A stretch of DNA of 64,000 nt. Origin: Eledone cirrhosa. Lineage: Eukaryota. The stretch lies in the NCBI GenBank assembly GCA_964016885.1, contig OZ024743.1, positions 116,250,001-116,314,000 on the forward strand, given 5' to 3'. A model generated the notes under the pieces. That model was not told the origin of the DNA, did no database searches, and worked only from the letters and a program-made list of their open reading frames with translations. Numbering within the stretch: position 1 is the stretch's first letter; each line of letters opens with the position of its first letter. The position numbers were made by a program, and so were the translations under genes. Positions 35,053-49,726 of the stretch are shown piece after piece.

Positions 35053-35687
35053 GTATATATACATATTTCGCTCACCCCGTCTGCTAGTCACCTTTTCTCA
35101 GCCAGCCTGCCTCTATAACTATCTCTTTCTCGCTTCCTCTTACTTTCTCTCACACCCTCTCGGTTAGTCACCCTCTCCCGTACGCCACTGTGCGCAGTCT
35201 CTTCTCTCGCTAACACTGCTACAGTGAAGACGTGTCTTTTTTATCTCATCAAACTCGCCAGTTCTTACGTGTGAAATGAGTTGTTGACTTGATATTTTTC
35301 CTGTTTTTCCTCCCTTTACGTTGCTTCACCCTTCGTGTCTGGTTACAGCCCCCCCCTTGTATTACCCCAATAACTTATTTTAGTTATTGTTCGCCCTAGG
35401 CTTAGGTATCCTGTCTCTAATGCGAAGAAATACATATGATTATAGCAGACAACTGATGATGGATATTCCCCTCTTTCGCCGTAACTTTTATTTTTCGTCA
35501 TTTCTTTATATATATATATATATAATATTAGGGATACTATGTATGGTTATGTATATATTAAAACTTGTTATAGTTATGTATATTTTAAACCCTAAACAGT
35601 GAAGGTCAGTAATTTATTACTACCTTATTGCCAGTAAGATAAATAGCTCAATGTAATAACATCAGTTGTTCTACAGAGCAGTTATAT

Positions 35688-35785
35688 AGAATTCACAAGA
35701 ATCAAAGCTATGTTCAAAGCATTTATTCACTTACAATTGTAAGTGAAAAAATGCTTTGAACATAGCTTTGATTCTTGTGAATTCT
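35688..35785. repeat. Near-perfect 98-bp palindrome
   Basis: Centre TTCACTTACAATTGTAAGTGAA, one mismatch. Unique tail to the left up to (TA)n. Confidence 0.9.
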
Positions 35786-35838
35786 CTCTCTTTCTCTCTC
35801 CCTCTCTCTCTATATAGTTATATATATATATTATATAT

Positions 35839-35911
<73 letters not shown>

Positions 35912-36050
35912 GAGATAAACAGTATTAAATGGGTACATCAAAGAATGAGTTTTACAGTAGATTGGAAGCACTCTACAGTACAGTTTTTTCCAGAGTTATT
36001 AATATTAAAATACAAATATTAATAAAATAGATGTTCTTTTGATCAATCAA

Positions 36051-36103
36051 ATTTTATTATACATATTTCAGAGGTACAGCAGTACGTCCTCATCAGACAA
36101 AAT
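36051..36103 (-). ncRNA. Type I hammerhead ribozyme
   Basis: AUUUUGU-CUGAUGA-GGACGUAC-UGCU-GUACCUCU-GAAA-UAUGUA-UA|AUAAAAU. Confidence 0.8.
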
Positions 36104-36213
36104 ATAATGATACATGACATACCCTGAGATGTCAAATGGTTAAAATTTAATGAAGGTAGTACCTTGATTAAATCTTAACCATTAACATCTCAGGGTATGT
36201 CATGTATCACTAT

Positions 36214-36266
36214 ATATTGTCTGATGAGGACGTACTGTTGTACCTCTGAAATATGTATAATAAAAT
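36214..36266 (+). ncRNA. Type I hammerhead ribozyme (other arm)
   Basis: Same motif with one stem I mismatch. Confidence 0.75.
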
Positions 36267-36306
36267 GTAATTGATGAAAAGAACATCTATTTTATTAATA
36301 TTTGTA

Positions 36307-36349
<43 letters not shown>

Positions 36350-37140
36350 GTGTCGGTGTGGGAGTATGTTTGTGTGTGTGTGTGTGTGTGTGTGAGTGTG
36401 TGTTTGTTTGTGTGTTTGTTTGTGTGTGTGTCTATATATGTGTGTGTGTGTATGTGTTTTTGTATATGGTAATAAGTGCGTAAACAGCCGAATATATATA
36501 TTAAGTTGGTATAAAATTAAATACGTATTAACTAAAATATTTGCAATATTTATTCTTTAATGGTGTGAGAGCGCAGATTCTTTGTTTATTAACTGAAATT
36601 ATTCCAAAGTGTAATTTTAAGTATTGGACAATAATTGTATATATTTATACAAGTAGTATATCAAACATATTTGACAACTCTAACGATGATTTTCAATTAT
36701 GTTGGCCTAGTCACGAAGAACCAGTGCATAGCATGAAATCAACCGTTTCATTCAGAAGCAAACGGAAAAAATAAAACCAGTGTTTTGTGCTTTCACAATA
36801 TATTTATTCCTATGTATTCATCTTCAACAGTGGATGGAGATTTTATTGTTTACATTGTCGTATCTACTAAAATGTATTAACACTTTTATAATATACCAAG
36901 AAACTAATAGAGGAAACCTTTATGGCCGTTGCTTGTCACAAATCAACAAAGCTCACACCAATAATAACATTAGACGCTACCTTAGGGATTAATGCTCACG
37001 ACTCCCAATTTTTCCCTTTGTCATTGCCTTCTTGATTTCAATTGTTCTAATTCATTCATTTCTTCTTATTCTGTTTCTCTCTGTCTTGCATCTACCTTCT
37101 GGTGGAGCTTATTATCATGTGATAAGAGTGAAATCAACAG

Positions 37141-37335
37141 TAATAATTGTTTCTATTTTTGGCACAAGGCCAGCAATTATCACAGTGCATTATTGGTGCT
37201 ATATCCTATCGACCGCCGTAAGGATGAAAGGCAAAGTTAACCTCGGCGGGATTTAAACTCAGACCGCAAAGGGGCGTAACTCTATGCTGGAAAGCATTGG
37301 GTGTGACCCTCTACATATATTACTTATCCACCGGT
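37141..37335 (-). mobile_element. SINE
   Basis: B-box-like GAGTTTAAATCCC followed by GCCTTTCATCCTTACGG.GTCGATA central domain. At least four copies in the window. Confidence 0.8.
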
Positions 37336-37509
37336 AGCTTCAACTGTTTATTCTGTGTTTGTGTTAATATGAGAGAAAGAGAAAGTGAGATCTGGTATAT
37401 TTAAGTGTTACATAAATCTTTCATACAGGATGATACATAATCAGAAAGCTGCAACCGACAAATGTTTCAAATCAAAATATATATTGAAATACATACGCAC
37501 ACACACGCG

Positions 37510-38780
37510 AACAGTCCCTTTAAGACAATACTTTTCGTTCTGCCTTGTTTTTGTCCGATGTCTTTCTTTGTAAATTATGCTAATTTAATTATTATTAATC
37601 TCTGACGAACGTGTTCTTTTCTCTCGACAAAATAATTTCAAAGGATTGTTTTAAACACGTTATCTTATATTCTTATATCCTCGCTAGGGGGTCGGACACT
37701 ATGCTTTGCAGTATAGAGTTACGGCCCTTTATGATCTGAGTTTTAAATCCCGCCGAGGTTAACTCTGCCTTTCATCCTTACGGGGTCGATAAAATGAAGT
37801 ACCAGTAATGTACTGGGTAATTGCTGGCCTTGTGCCAAAAGTAGAAACAGTTATCTTATATTCTTCTTCTTGCCTTTTTTTCCATTTCTTTTCATTTTTC
37901 ATCTCATACCTCGTTTTACCTCCTTTTTTTCAGTCTCACGCGACTATCGTGCTACAAAAAGCACAAAGCCTTCTCTTCGTCGCCACATAAAATCCTATGT
38001 GGAACTGTTATGTTTTAATTGTTGCAAGGTATTGTTTTGCCTTGTATTTTACTCAATTGACAGTGAGTTCGCTTGTTTTTCAGACCGTATGGGCCCGGGT
38101 GTACCAGCAATAACACTAGTAGGAGTCGAGACTGCCAAAGTCAATCTCAATGGTCGAAAATCTTGGAGTTATGTCTTTCGTTTGCTTTTTATTTTCACTA
38201 AAATATTTAAAAAATGTTCCCCTGTCAATATTTTGTCTTTCTGCCTTATTTTCGTTCGGTGTCTTCTCTTTGTTAATTAGCCTCAATTTATTATAATTAA
38301 TCTGTAACGAACGAGTTCTTCCTTTCTCCTTCATAATTTGAATGGATTACATCTTAAATACGATAACTTACGTTCATGTTCTTGTCTCTTTCCTTTTCTT
38401 TTTCGTTATTCTTTTTTTATATCATAGTTGGCCTCCTTTTTTCATCTCAAGGGAACATCATTCTCATAAAAGCCCAATGTCTTCTCCTAGTCGTCCCATA
38501 ACAATTTAATTGTACCTGTTATGGCTTAATTGCCTCGGCTTTTACACTACCGACAGCGCTTTGGCCTGCTTGTCAGAGCTGTGATGCCGCGTGGACCAGC
38601 ATTACTATCGTTAGAGTCGAAACTGACAAAATCCATCTTAATGGCTGATGACCTTAGAGTTCTGTCTCTTTCGATTGTCTTTTTTCATTTTAAAAAAAAA
38701 TTCCCCCTAAAAAATGTGTATTTCTTTCTGACTTGTTTTAGGTTTTTTGTCTCCTCTTTTGTTGTTTATCCTAATTATAC
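37510..38780. repeat. Old degenerate tandem repeat (~500-bp unit, ~2.5 copies) interrupted by a SINE
   Basis: TTCTGCCTT..TTATTAATCT..ACGAACG at ~37537 recurs at ~38239 and in part at ~38726. 38080-38180 resembles 38570-38670. Confidence 0.6.
37683..37855 (+). mobile_element. SINE
   Basis: Same family as 37141-37335, opposite orientation. Confidence 0.8.
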
Positions 38781-38790
38781 AAATATATAG

Positions 38791-38923
<133 letters not shown>

Positions 38924-40178
38924 TATGTGTGTGTGTGTGAATATTCACTTGGAATAAGCAACCATTTTTGGGGGTGAAATGATGATATCCTGTAGATAGA
39001 TCGGCATTTAGGTTTTGGAGGCGCAAGATAGTTTAGATTTGATCGACCCCATATTTAACAAATGTAAGCCCTTTAAAACAATTTTCCCTGTGACACGCTT
39101 CTACGCTCTGCCATATTGACTTCCCTCTACTCAACAACACTTTGATTTTCATTTCTTCAGGGATAATCCCTAGTCATGTAATTTTCGTCTTCCCCTTTTT
39201 CTACCTCTTTCAGCTTACATCCTTCCCCTTCTTTCATTCCATATCGCTTAACAACACTGGCTCTTTTCACAACCTCCTCTGCAATTCATTGTTAGGTTTC
39301 CTCTTTATGAATAATATTCTTCTCATCGAACTTATTAGTCTCATTTCTAAACTTTCTGGCTTTCTCTGTGGTTCCATGTATTGGGTGATGAACGAATATT
39401 ATGGGATTTCTCGCACTCGCATAGCTTACAGCTTTCCTTTGTTTTAAAGAGACTCGTCTCAATAATACACCACTTATTTCCTAGAACTTCTAATAGTTGT
39501 GTTCGGATCCCTTGTTGACTAAACATGAAATAGATAATAATTACATCATTTACACATTAAATTTCAATTATTGCGTGAAATTGACAATTTACAAATACAA
39601 AATATAAATCAAAACACTTAATTGAATTTTTCATTATTAAGCGGTGTTTGGAACATAAGATAAGGTTTCTTTCATAAAAGTATGATGGAAAGATTTTAAA
39701 CAAAGTTAAATATTTCTTAAATCTTTTGTATAGTAGAACCAGTTTCATGGGGTTTGCTATCAAAATGATAATAGATTTTTAAACTATATTTTATCGCCAA
39801 GATTTAAGATTTTAAATACAATCTACGACATATTTTATCAAATCACAATGGTAAGTAATTTACTTACATGTTACTAAACAGTAAACACAATAAAAAATAC
39901 TTTGCTCCCTTTACAACAAAAAAGATGTCAGGGGAAGAGAGAGGAGAAATTGTGAGAGAGAAAGAAAGAAGAAAGGAAATAAATTAAGAAAACAAGTAGA
40001 AAAGAGACGGAATTTAGAGGAAAATATTTCACATTACTCGGAAATTTTTCAAATACATCAGTTCACTACCAGATCATGAAATCAAATGCTGAAGATAGTA
40101 AAAGAATGGGCATTATGTACATAGACACACAACATGGACATTTACCACACATACACACACATAATACAGATATATATG

Positions 40179-40226
<48 letters not shown>

Positions 40227-40236
40227 TATATATATA

Positions 40237-40372
40237 GTCCAGAATTAGCCGTCGAAACGGCTTGAGCTCAGCCGTCAAGCTCCTACTCGTTCCTATTACC
40301 CACTCTACTACCCTAAGTATTGAGTACCTTGGTGCGTTATGGTCCACCTGGTTCCTTACCACATTTCCTTCG

Positions 40373-40375
<3 letters not shown>
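40237..40375 (+). repeat. Family A tail-only copy in (TA)n
   Basis: Matches 5380-5515 and 5905-6024. Confidence 0.85.
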
Positions 40376-40400
<25 letters not shown>

Positions 40401-40407
<7 letters not shown>

Positions 40408-40643
40408 ATGTTGAAAAGGTAACACACCAGAGAGAGATATACAGTGCGTTATCAATAAAACAGGGGAAAAAACCACCAGTATATGGAATTGTTCCCTGTT
40501 TTATTGATAACGCACTGTATATCTCTCACTGGTGTGTTACCTTTTCAACATATTGTATTTTAAAGACCTCAGGATCTCTTCTCCTTTCAGCACATTATTT
40601 ACAGGGAATAGCGAGGCCGTATGCCTCCTTTAATTTATCGTGA
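40401..40643 (+). repeat. Fold-back (~65-bp arms) with tail in (TA)n
   Basis: Arms 40402-40466 and 40493-40558, tail to 40643. Confidence 0.88.
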
Positions 40644-40864
40644 TATATATATATATATATAAGTATGTATACGTACACACATATATGTATACAAACGTAC
40701 AGTAGTATGTATTTGCATACATACATACACACATATATATATGTACGTATGGGTTTACCGAACATTTATTATAATGTTCGGTTTGTTTCTAAATAAACAG
40801 CCCGAATTAAGCCGTACAGTGTTCGGCAAGCATTGTTGCCCTTTTGTTCAACACTGGCAAAGGA

Positions 40865-40907
40865 ACGATGAAATAGTTTCTAGCTTATTAGCTGTCATCA
40901 GCACCGT
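40865..40907 (-). ncRNA. Hammerhead ribozyme (retrozyme-like family)
   Basis: ACGGUG-CUGAUGA-CAGCUAAUAAGCUA-GAAA-CUAU-UU|CAUCGU. Confidence 0.75.
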
Positions 40908-41228
40908 ATATTAGCCTAATTTGCATATCGAGTGAGTTAGTCGGCCGGGCGTACCGAAAACGATAAATGGAAAAAATGAAATTTAATTTCTCACTCTTAG
41001 TACGGCTGATACTTAAATATAAGTATGTATACGTACATACATATATGTATACAGACGTAGAGTAGTATGTATATACATACATACATGCACACATATATAT
41101 GTACGTATGGGTTTACCGGTGCGCCCGGTCGCCTTAATCACTCGATATGCAAATACGGCTGCTCAGCCGTTTATATGCATAAGGAAAGTATATACTTTCA
41201 AACGTTCAATCGACTGACAGGAAGGTAT

Positions 41229-41271
41229 ACGGTGCTGATGACAGCTAATAAGCTAGAAACTAGTTCATCGT
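41229..41271 (+). ncRNA. Hammerhead ribozyme (retrozyme-like family)
   Basis: ACGGUG-CUGAUGA-C-AGCU-AAUA-AGCU-A-GAAA-CUAG-UU|CAUCGU, with palindromic stem III ACUAGU. Confidence 0.85.
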
Positions 41272-41520
41272 TCCTTTGTCAGTGTTGATTAAAAAGGCAA
41301 CGATGGTTGCCCGACACTGTACGGCATAATCCGGGCTGTTTGCTTACAAACAAACCGAACATTATAATAAATGTTCGGTGAACCCATACGTACATATGTG
41401 TGGGGATGTATGTATGTATATACATACTATTGTACGTCTGTATACATATATGTATGTACGTATCAGCCGTACTAAGAGTGAGAAATGGAATTTCATTTTA
41501 TCCATTTATATATATATATA

Positions 41521-42634
41521 TAAAGGTTTACATATATATATATATATATATAAAGGCATAGATATATATGTGTTTTGCAACAGGTCACGTTGTGGCAATG
41601 AAAAATTAATAAATTAAACAATCAGAGCTATATATCATAAATTATGTCTTTAGAGTCACTAGATATAATATATACAATTTCCTCTCCCTATTAGCATAAT
41701 TAACCATATAAAAAATCAATTAGACAAAGCTATAAGAATAAAGGCTCCTATGAAGAAATCTCCGACAAATAACCGAAAGCAGCCCCTTCGCAACAGCAAC
41801 GATGGATTATTTATCTAACATTTCGACAGCATGTAAAAATCGACCAGATATACAGTCAACCAAACGCAATAAGGTGTAAAAATTGAACTTGGAAAAATTG
41901 TGTACCTACCAAATTACCTCTACCATGGTTTCATCCGTATTTTAAGACATCCGATAACGGAATGTCTAGAGTTTCGGAATAATCAGGAGCGAACTCAAAA
42001 TTAGACATTTAATTTTCCAAAGTGATCGCACCAAAAATACATTCAAAAATGGCTAAGAATCGTGACGTGACAGCGGACAAGTTAGAAAGGATGTGATTAG
42101 TTGCTTACAGCGGGTAGGCTTAATGTTAGAAAGCGCAGCCTAATACTGCCAAATTGTATCTCGACCTAACAGGAGATTATTACATATAAAGGTTTACATA
42201 TATATATATAAAAAGTCATAGATATATATGTGTTTTGCAACAGGTTACGTTGTGTATTTTTGGTGCGATCACTTGTCTAATTTTGAGTTCGCTCCTGATG
42301 ATTCCGAAACTCTAGGCATTCCGTTATCGGATGTATTAAAATACTGATGAAACCATGGTAATTTGGTATGTACACAATTCTTTAGTTCAATTTTTACACC
42401 TTATTGAGTTTGGTTGACTGTATATCTGGTCGATTTTTACATGCTGCCAAAATGTTAGATAAATAATCCATCGTTGCCGCTGCGAAGGGGCTGCTTTCGG
42501 TTATTTGTCGGAGATTTCTTCATAGGAGGCTTTATTCTTATAGCTTTGTGTAATTGATTTTTATATGGTTAATTATGCTAATTGGGAGAGGAAATGGTAT
42601 ATATTATATCTAGTGATTCTAAAGACATATTTTA

Positions 42635-42640
<6 letters not shown>
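41521..42640. repeat. Non-coding ~665-bp unit with partial tandem repeat and ~390-bp inverted arm in (TA)n
   Basis: 41521-41594 repeats at 42187-42254. 41631-42040 is inverted to 42254-42640. CTGATGATTCCGAAAC at 42295. Confidence 0.85.
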
Positions 42641-42686
<46 letters not shown>

Positions 42687-42693
42687 TACAAAT

Positions 42694-42724
<31 letters not shown>

Positions 42725-42787
42725 CATATACATATGTATATACAGGCATATACAACACGCATGTATATACATACACACACACCGACA

Positions 42788-43098
<311 letters not shown>

Positions 43099-43852
43099 AA
43101 CTATATATATATACAGGATAACAGTATATATATATATATATACCTTTAGTATAGGCCACTTAAGTAACGAGTCTACAACTCTGTTTAAGACCCCATAAAA
43201 ACTATCATTATCACTAAATTAATCAAACGAAAATGTTTATCTGTCAAATAATAAAAAAATAAAAAGTAAATATACGGTTTATTGTTAGAATACCTACAGC
43301 ACAGTGGATACGTCATAAATTCTGTCTCCAAGTACAACTTAGTGGTTACTCTTATCTAGTGGCTACCCCATTACTATATCTAATGTACCTTATAGCAGTT
43401 TTCACACGTCAATTCCATACATCTGTATCATATCAGTCTGTATAACATTCTAGATTCTTCATTATACTCTATCACTTACTTATATTGACGTTATTATTTT
43501 AATTATCTGCTATTTGGTTATTTTATTTTATCATTGATATTATTGTTCTGGTTTAATCACACACCTATATAAAAACCATGCCTTATGTATTTTCTTCATT
43601 TCACCCGCTCTAATGAAATCGTCTGTTTATAAACAAAGTATTGGAGGTCGATTGGCGCATAATCAGGTGTATAGCGAACTCTAGACCTGCCAGATCAGAG
43701 AAACAATTGTCAGCAATGTGAATAAAACCCTTATTGTATAGCGAACCATGTCGATCTTCTTTCTTGAATTATATATATATATAGAGAGAGAGAGAGAGAA
43801 TGTTTACGTATCGGGAGAGAGAAAAAAGGAAAGATAAGCGATACATATATAT

Positions 43853-45756
43853 AGTTGCCAATAGTTTGTGCAAATGTGCTCAATACTCGTGCCTACAGGG
43901 TTAAATATTAGAAGCGTTAATATTTAGTGGGCGAGAAAATAAGCAGAGCGATTATAAAGGAAATGCATATAAGGAGTATATACCGTTAAAACATGTTTAT
44001 ATAACAATGCACCTACGTACGTTTCGCTCAGAACGGGCATATCAAGGGTATGGAAACCAAAACATTTATCAATACGCGACTCAGGATTATAAATTTACAT
44101 CAGAGTTCATTAACTTAAGTACGTTTGTTGTTATTAGTGCAGAGCAGAGGGAATAACGCTGGCCGGTGCTCGAATAATTTTGTCCCACTAGTTCTTTTTC
44201 CCCATTCACATGATGGTACTTTGCGTTATTATTTTACTAATGCCGGTTCGAGCCAGATCTGGGATGCACATTTATTATATTGTGGGTGCTGCTTTACTAA
44301 TGCCGGTTTGAGCTGGGTCTGGGATATACATTTAGTTCACAGATGTTTGTTCTATGGTTAACCCCCCCCCTCCTACTCTCGGAGTGTGTACTCCGACCTA
44401 CCGAGGATATTCTTCGAAGCCGTAGAGAATAATTTCCCACCCAAGCATAAATACAGGAAAATACTTAATAGGAACAATATCACAATATTCTTCTCTACCA
44501 CCCCCAATCTAGCAGACATCATAGGAGTAACTAACCACAGTAAGGTCACCAAAACACAGCACCTTTGCACAGATACATCTAGACCCGACAACAACACTAA
44601 TTACCTTAATATCTCCCTAACAGCACTCATTTGTCTTGGTGTCAGCTCCGACAGACAAAACGGTCGTAACCAAGGCGAGACTGGTGAATATACTGGTGAC
44701 CCGCAGGGGTCACCCACCGGCAACGGAACGAGCTGCGGCGTGCGGGGGAATAATGATACTACACCGCACGCCTCGAGATATAACCGTACCAACGACCGAG
44801 ATAGAGACATAGATAACAACATAGGTAGCAATAGTATGAGTTTTACTTCAGGAACTAGGAGCGACCGTGAAATTGCAATTGTCGTGACAGAGGATGCTGC
44901 CCTCTCAGGGGAAACTGCCTGACTGATAAGGTTATTTATAGGTGCACCATAACTAGCCATAATGGAGTTGAACACTATATAGGGGCCACCTCTGGCCAGT
45001 TCAAAACGAGATTTAGAACACATCGCCCCTCTTTCGGGAACAAAAAACTAAGGCACTCCACGTCACTTGCCAATTACGTCACTACATTAAAATACGCCAA
45101 CATCAGCTTCTCCACTAACTGGGATATTGTCGGTAGGGCTGCACCCTACAATTTCAAGAGGAAGTGCCATATTTGCCTGATGGAGCTTTACTACATCATA
45201 AGAACACCCCCACGAACTCATAAACAGCAGAGCCCAATCACTCATAAACTGTAGGCACTGAATCCAAGCGTCTTACTTCGGGTGCGAAGCGACTGAGGCA
45301 TGAAAATTATAAACTGGGTCTCCCTGCCCAAACCATAACACTCTGGTGGGCAGGCGGTGTAAAGAAACATCTCTGTACGTCCCAGACCCGGCTCAAACCG
45401 GCATTAGTAAAGCAGCACCCACAAAATAATAAATGTGTATCCCAGACCTTGCTCGGACCGGCATTAGTAAAATAATAACGCAAAACACCATCATGTGTAT
45501 GGAGAAAAAGAACTAGTGGGACAAAATTTTCGAGCACCGGCCAGCGTTATTCCCCCTGCTCTGCATTAATAACCACAAACGTACTTAAGCGAAGAATGAA
45601 CTATGATGTGAATTTAACCTTATAACCCCTCCTGGGTCGAGTATTGATCATTTTTTGGGTTTCCATGCCCTTGATAATCCCGTTCTGGGCGAAACGTACG
45701 TAGGTGCATTGTTATATAAACATGTTTTAACGGCATATACTCCTTGTATTCATTTC

Positions 45757-45760
<4 letters not shown>
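43853..45760 (+). mobile_element. Truncated PLE (third protein type) with inverted arm and variant HHR motifs at 44010-44050 (-) and 45666-45706 (+)
   Basis: Relic ORF 44355-45300: NNFPPKHKYRKILNRN..FSTTPN and CNCR..CPLRGNCL..VIYRC..HYIGATSGQFKTRFRTH. 43953-44347 is inverted to 45367-45760. Confidence 0.9.
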
Positions 45761-45821
<61 letters not shown>

Positions 45822-46307
45822 CACATATATACAGGTATATACAGCATATATATATATATGTGTGTGTGAGGGTATATACATGTATACACTCATATAAATA
45901 TGTTATATTGGGGGTCTTTGCTGCTTAATAAATCTTCCCATTCCCATTATAACGCATGAATTGACATTTATTGATCACGAACTTTTCTTATATATTCTCT
46001 CAGACTTTTGCGCGTTTTAAATCCTCATAGTATTATTTTATTAAACTTCATGGATGCATTAAGCATGGGGGTGAATTAGCAGAGTATTTAGAACATCATA
46101 CAGTGTGTTCTGCCTTACTTCTCCAGCTCACTTCGCACTGAGTTCACTACTCACCGATGTTAAAAATTGCTTTTCTAATTTCAAAGTAATTTGAGAAAGT
46201 CATTTGAACGTAGGGCAGAAGGCCTCGCTGTATTCATCCCCGCACAAATCTGGCAGCGATCAAATTGGACCTTCGCGTTTCCACTATATTTCCTTCTCTA
46301 TTCAATT

Positions 46308-46395
<88 letters not shown>

Positions 46396-46811
46396 TTCTC
46401 GTTCTCTCTAATTCTTTGCAAGAAATTGATTCCGTCACAAGATACGTGTCCATGCATACGTGTAAATGCTTTAAACTGAATCCAATAATAAAGCTAGCTG
46501 TAGTAAATTGTGATATGCAGATATGTAATAGAGATGTGACACTTAAAAAATACAAACAGATGCATTTCTCTTTCTATATACTAATCATTGATATACTTTA
46601 TACTAGTTTAGAAACACGAAGCGAGAGAGGAAAGTATACAGAGAAAATTTATATATATATAATTACTTCGGACAGAACATGATTTGAAACATAATTACGA
46701 ACAACCCTAAATGTATAAATTTTAATAATCCTTCTGATTTAATGCGGTTATTATTAAACTGTCAGAACATATTATGCTATATTTGTTCACCTCGTAGGGA
46801 GGTGTGTCTGT

Positions 46812-46885
<74 letters not shown>

Positions 46886-46963
46886 GTGACAGTGTGCGTG
46901 TGTGTGTGTGTGTGCAAATATATATATATAAACATATATAAACGCATACGTATATATATACCA

Positions 46964-47019
<56 letters not shown>

Positions 47020-47115
47020 GGATTCACGTATACATATGTCTACATATCCATATATAAATATATATAAATATAATAATAATTATTATAATGATAATAATAA
47101 ATAGATATGCATATA

Positions 47116-47257
<142 letters not shown>

Positions 47258-47268
47258 CATACACACAC

Positions 47269-47307
<39 letters not shown>

Positions 47308-47507
47308 TGTGTGTGTGTATTTAACACACATAACTATACAATATTTAGAATTGGCTGTTTTCCGCTTCCTAGTTCATATCACAATTTTTCTGGTCAATTT
47401 AATTTCAGTTATATTTGAAGAAAATCTTTTAGAAGTTTGATATCTGCAAGATTGGTTTGGTTAGAAAAAAAGATTTTACAATATTAATATTTTTAGATAA
47501 TATATAT

Positions 47508-47572
<65 letters not shown>

Positions 47573-47605
47573 TATGTGTATGTATATATATATATATATA
47601 TACAT

Positions 47606-47726
<121 letters not shown>

Positions 47727-47786
47727 TATATATACATGTGTGTGTGTGTGTATGTGTGTACTGATAAACATACATGCACACATACA

Positions 47787-48295
47787 TGATGGCTGCAAAC
47801 TCTGCTAAGAGTACTGCAATCACTTGTCAGATTATAGATTTCGGTGCACCTTTAGACTACGGCCACCCTCCCGAACCTCTAACAGCTCCTGAACAAGCAA
47901 TATTTGTGCTTTGATTGTTTTTTAAGTGGGGAAAGGCCTTGCACTCGACCACTCTCTGAGCATGGAAAACACTACCCGAAAAGGAGAAGTAGTCAACATC
48001 ATCGCGTGCTTCCGAAGCCGCAGGTTATTTTTCAGTGTTTCTCTCTCCGAAAAAAGGTGTTATGACAACAACTGAGGGCCTTTCATGCCCAGGTAGAAAA
48101 AAAAGTACTATTTGGATGGCCGTTGCCTTTGCTGAGTTCCTCCGCACTTCGCCGGGTCTTGTATATCATCCCGCAGGGTGCCCAAATATCACCCTCCTCA
48201 CCAAACTAGCTTGGTGGGGTTGCTGGTTTCGTCGCTGACGTCCCGACCATGAGACATATTGTACTGGGTTCCATATAACCTATAGCGACCTGTCA
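47787..48295. repeat. Dispersed repeat bounded by (CATA)n, related to 10283-10920
   Basis: Shared GATGGCTGC start and CTTGGTGGGGTTGC motif. Confidence 0.45.
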
Positions 48296-48323
48296 TACAT
48301 ACATACATACATACATACATACA

Positions 48324-48357
<34 letters not shown>

Positions 48358-49000
48358 CATACACACACACATACAAATGGCGACCGTTGTGGGCAGTGTC
48401 CGATAATCGGACGTGTGTAATTTCGGTTTACATGAAGGCAACTTACCATATATTGGAAAAAGTTGAGCTACATTACGCGGTAAGATTACATACAATAATT
48501 CTACATAAGTGTTTGAACTGTAAGTGTGTTGTAAAACACCTATTTATATGAACAATACATACACTTATGGTATATGAACTATACATACACTTTAACATAT
48601 AAATGCAACGTTGTTATATTACATCTGTAAACAAATATGCAAGTAACGTTTTCGATTCAGAAACAAAAACATAAGTGTTTGAACTGTGAATATGTTGTGA
48701 ATATGTTGTAGAACACCTATTTATATGAATGATACATAAACTTTAACATATAAATAGAGGGTTGTTATATTATATTACATTCATAAAGAAGTATGTGTCC
48801 TATATGTCATTAATACATACAGAGATACAAGTATAATCCGTATGCCAGTGTGGTTCGATAGCAAGTTAATAAATTAACAAGCTAGAACATATAAGATCAG
48901 GGGAGTGTAGAACAGAAAATATCTAAAAAAAAAAAAAAATAATTAAATTCCAAGTGGATTTCCATTATTTTTAAAGATATATTTCTGTGTTACACTCCCC

Positions 49001-49395
<395 letters not shown>

Positions 49396-49413
49396 TATAT
49401 ATATATATATATA

Positions 49414-49649
49414 TCAAGTAAGTATGTTTTGAAACAGTGAGCGAGTTTGAAATTAGAAAATATATAGCTTTCACCGTATTTTTAACTAAAGGAATTTTAG
49501 CTTGATAACGGGGTTTAGAACCCTCAGATAAATGGAAAAAGATGAGTATTGACGTACATGTACGTCAATACTCATCTTTTTCCATTTATCTGAGGGTTCT
49601 AAACCCCGTTATCAAGCTAAAATTCCTTTAGTTAAAAATACGGTGAAAG

Positions 49650-49654
<5 letters not shown>
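49414..49654 (-). repeat. Perfect palindrome (~96-bp arms, no loop) with tail in (TA)n
   Basis: Centre GACGTACATGTACGTC at 49551-49566, arms 49463-49654. Confidence 0.92.

Positions 49655-49719
<65 letters not shown>

Positions 49720-49726
<7 letters not shown>

Larger units (their letters stand above)
35907..36315 (-). repeat. Fold-back (~155-bp arms) with tail in (TA)n, carrying an HHR on each arm
   Basis: Arms 36001-36157 and 36159-36315, tail 35907-36000. Confidence 0.9.
40661..41508. mobile_element. Candidate retrozyme: non-coding HHR-bearing unit in tandem plus inverted arrangement
   Basis: 40661-40760 repeats at 41021-41118 (period 360 bp). Inverted copy at 41119-41508. HHR on both arms. 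Confidence 0.7.

Noticed and set aside
34888-35400. Possible DNA-transposon remnant
   Set aside because: No paired termini or coding motif could be supported.
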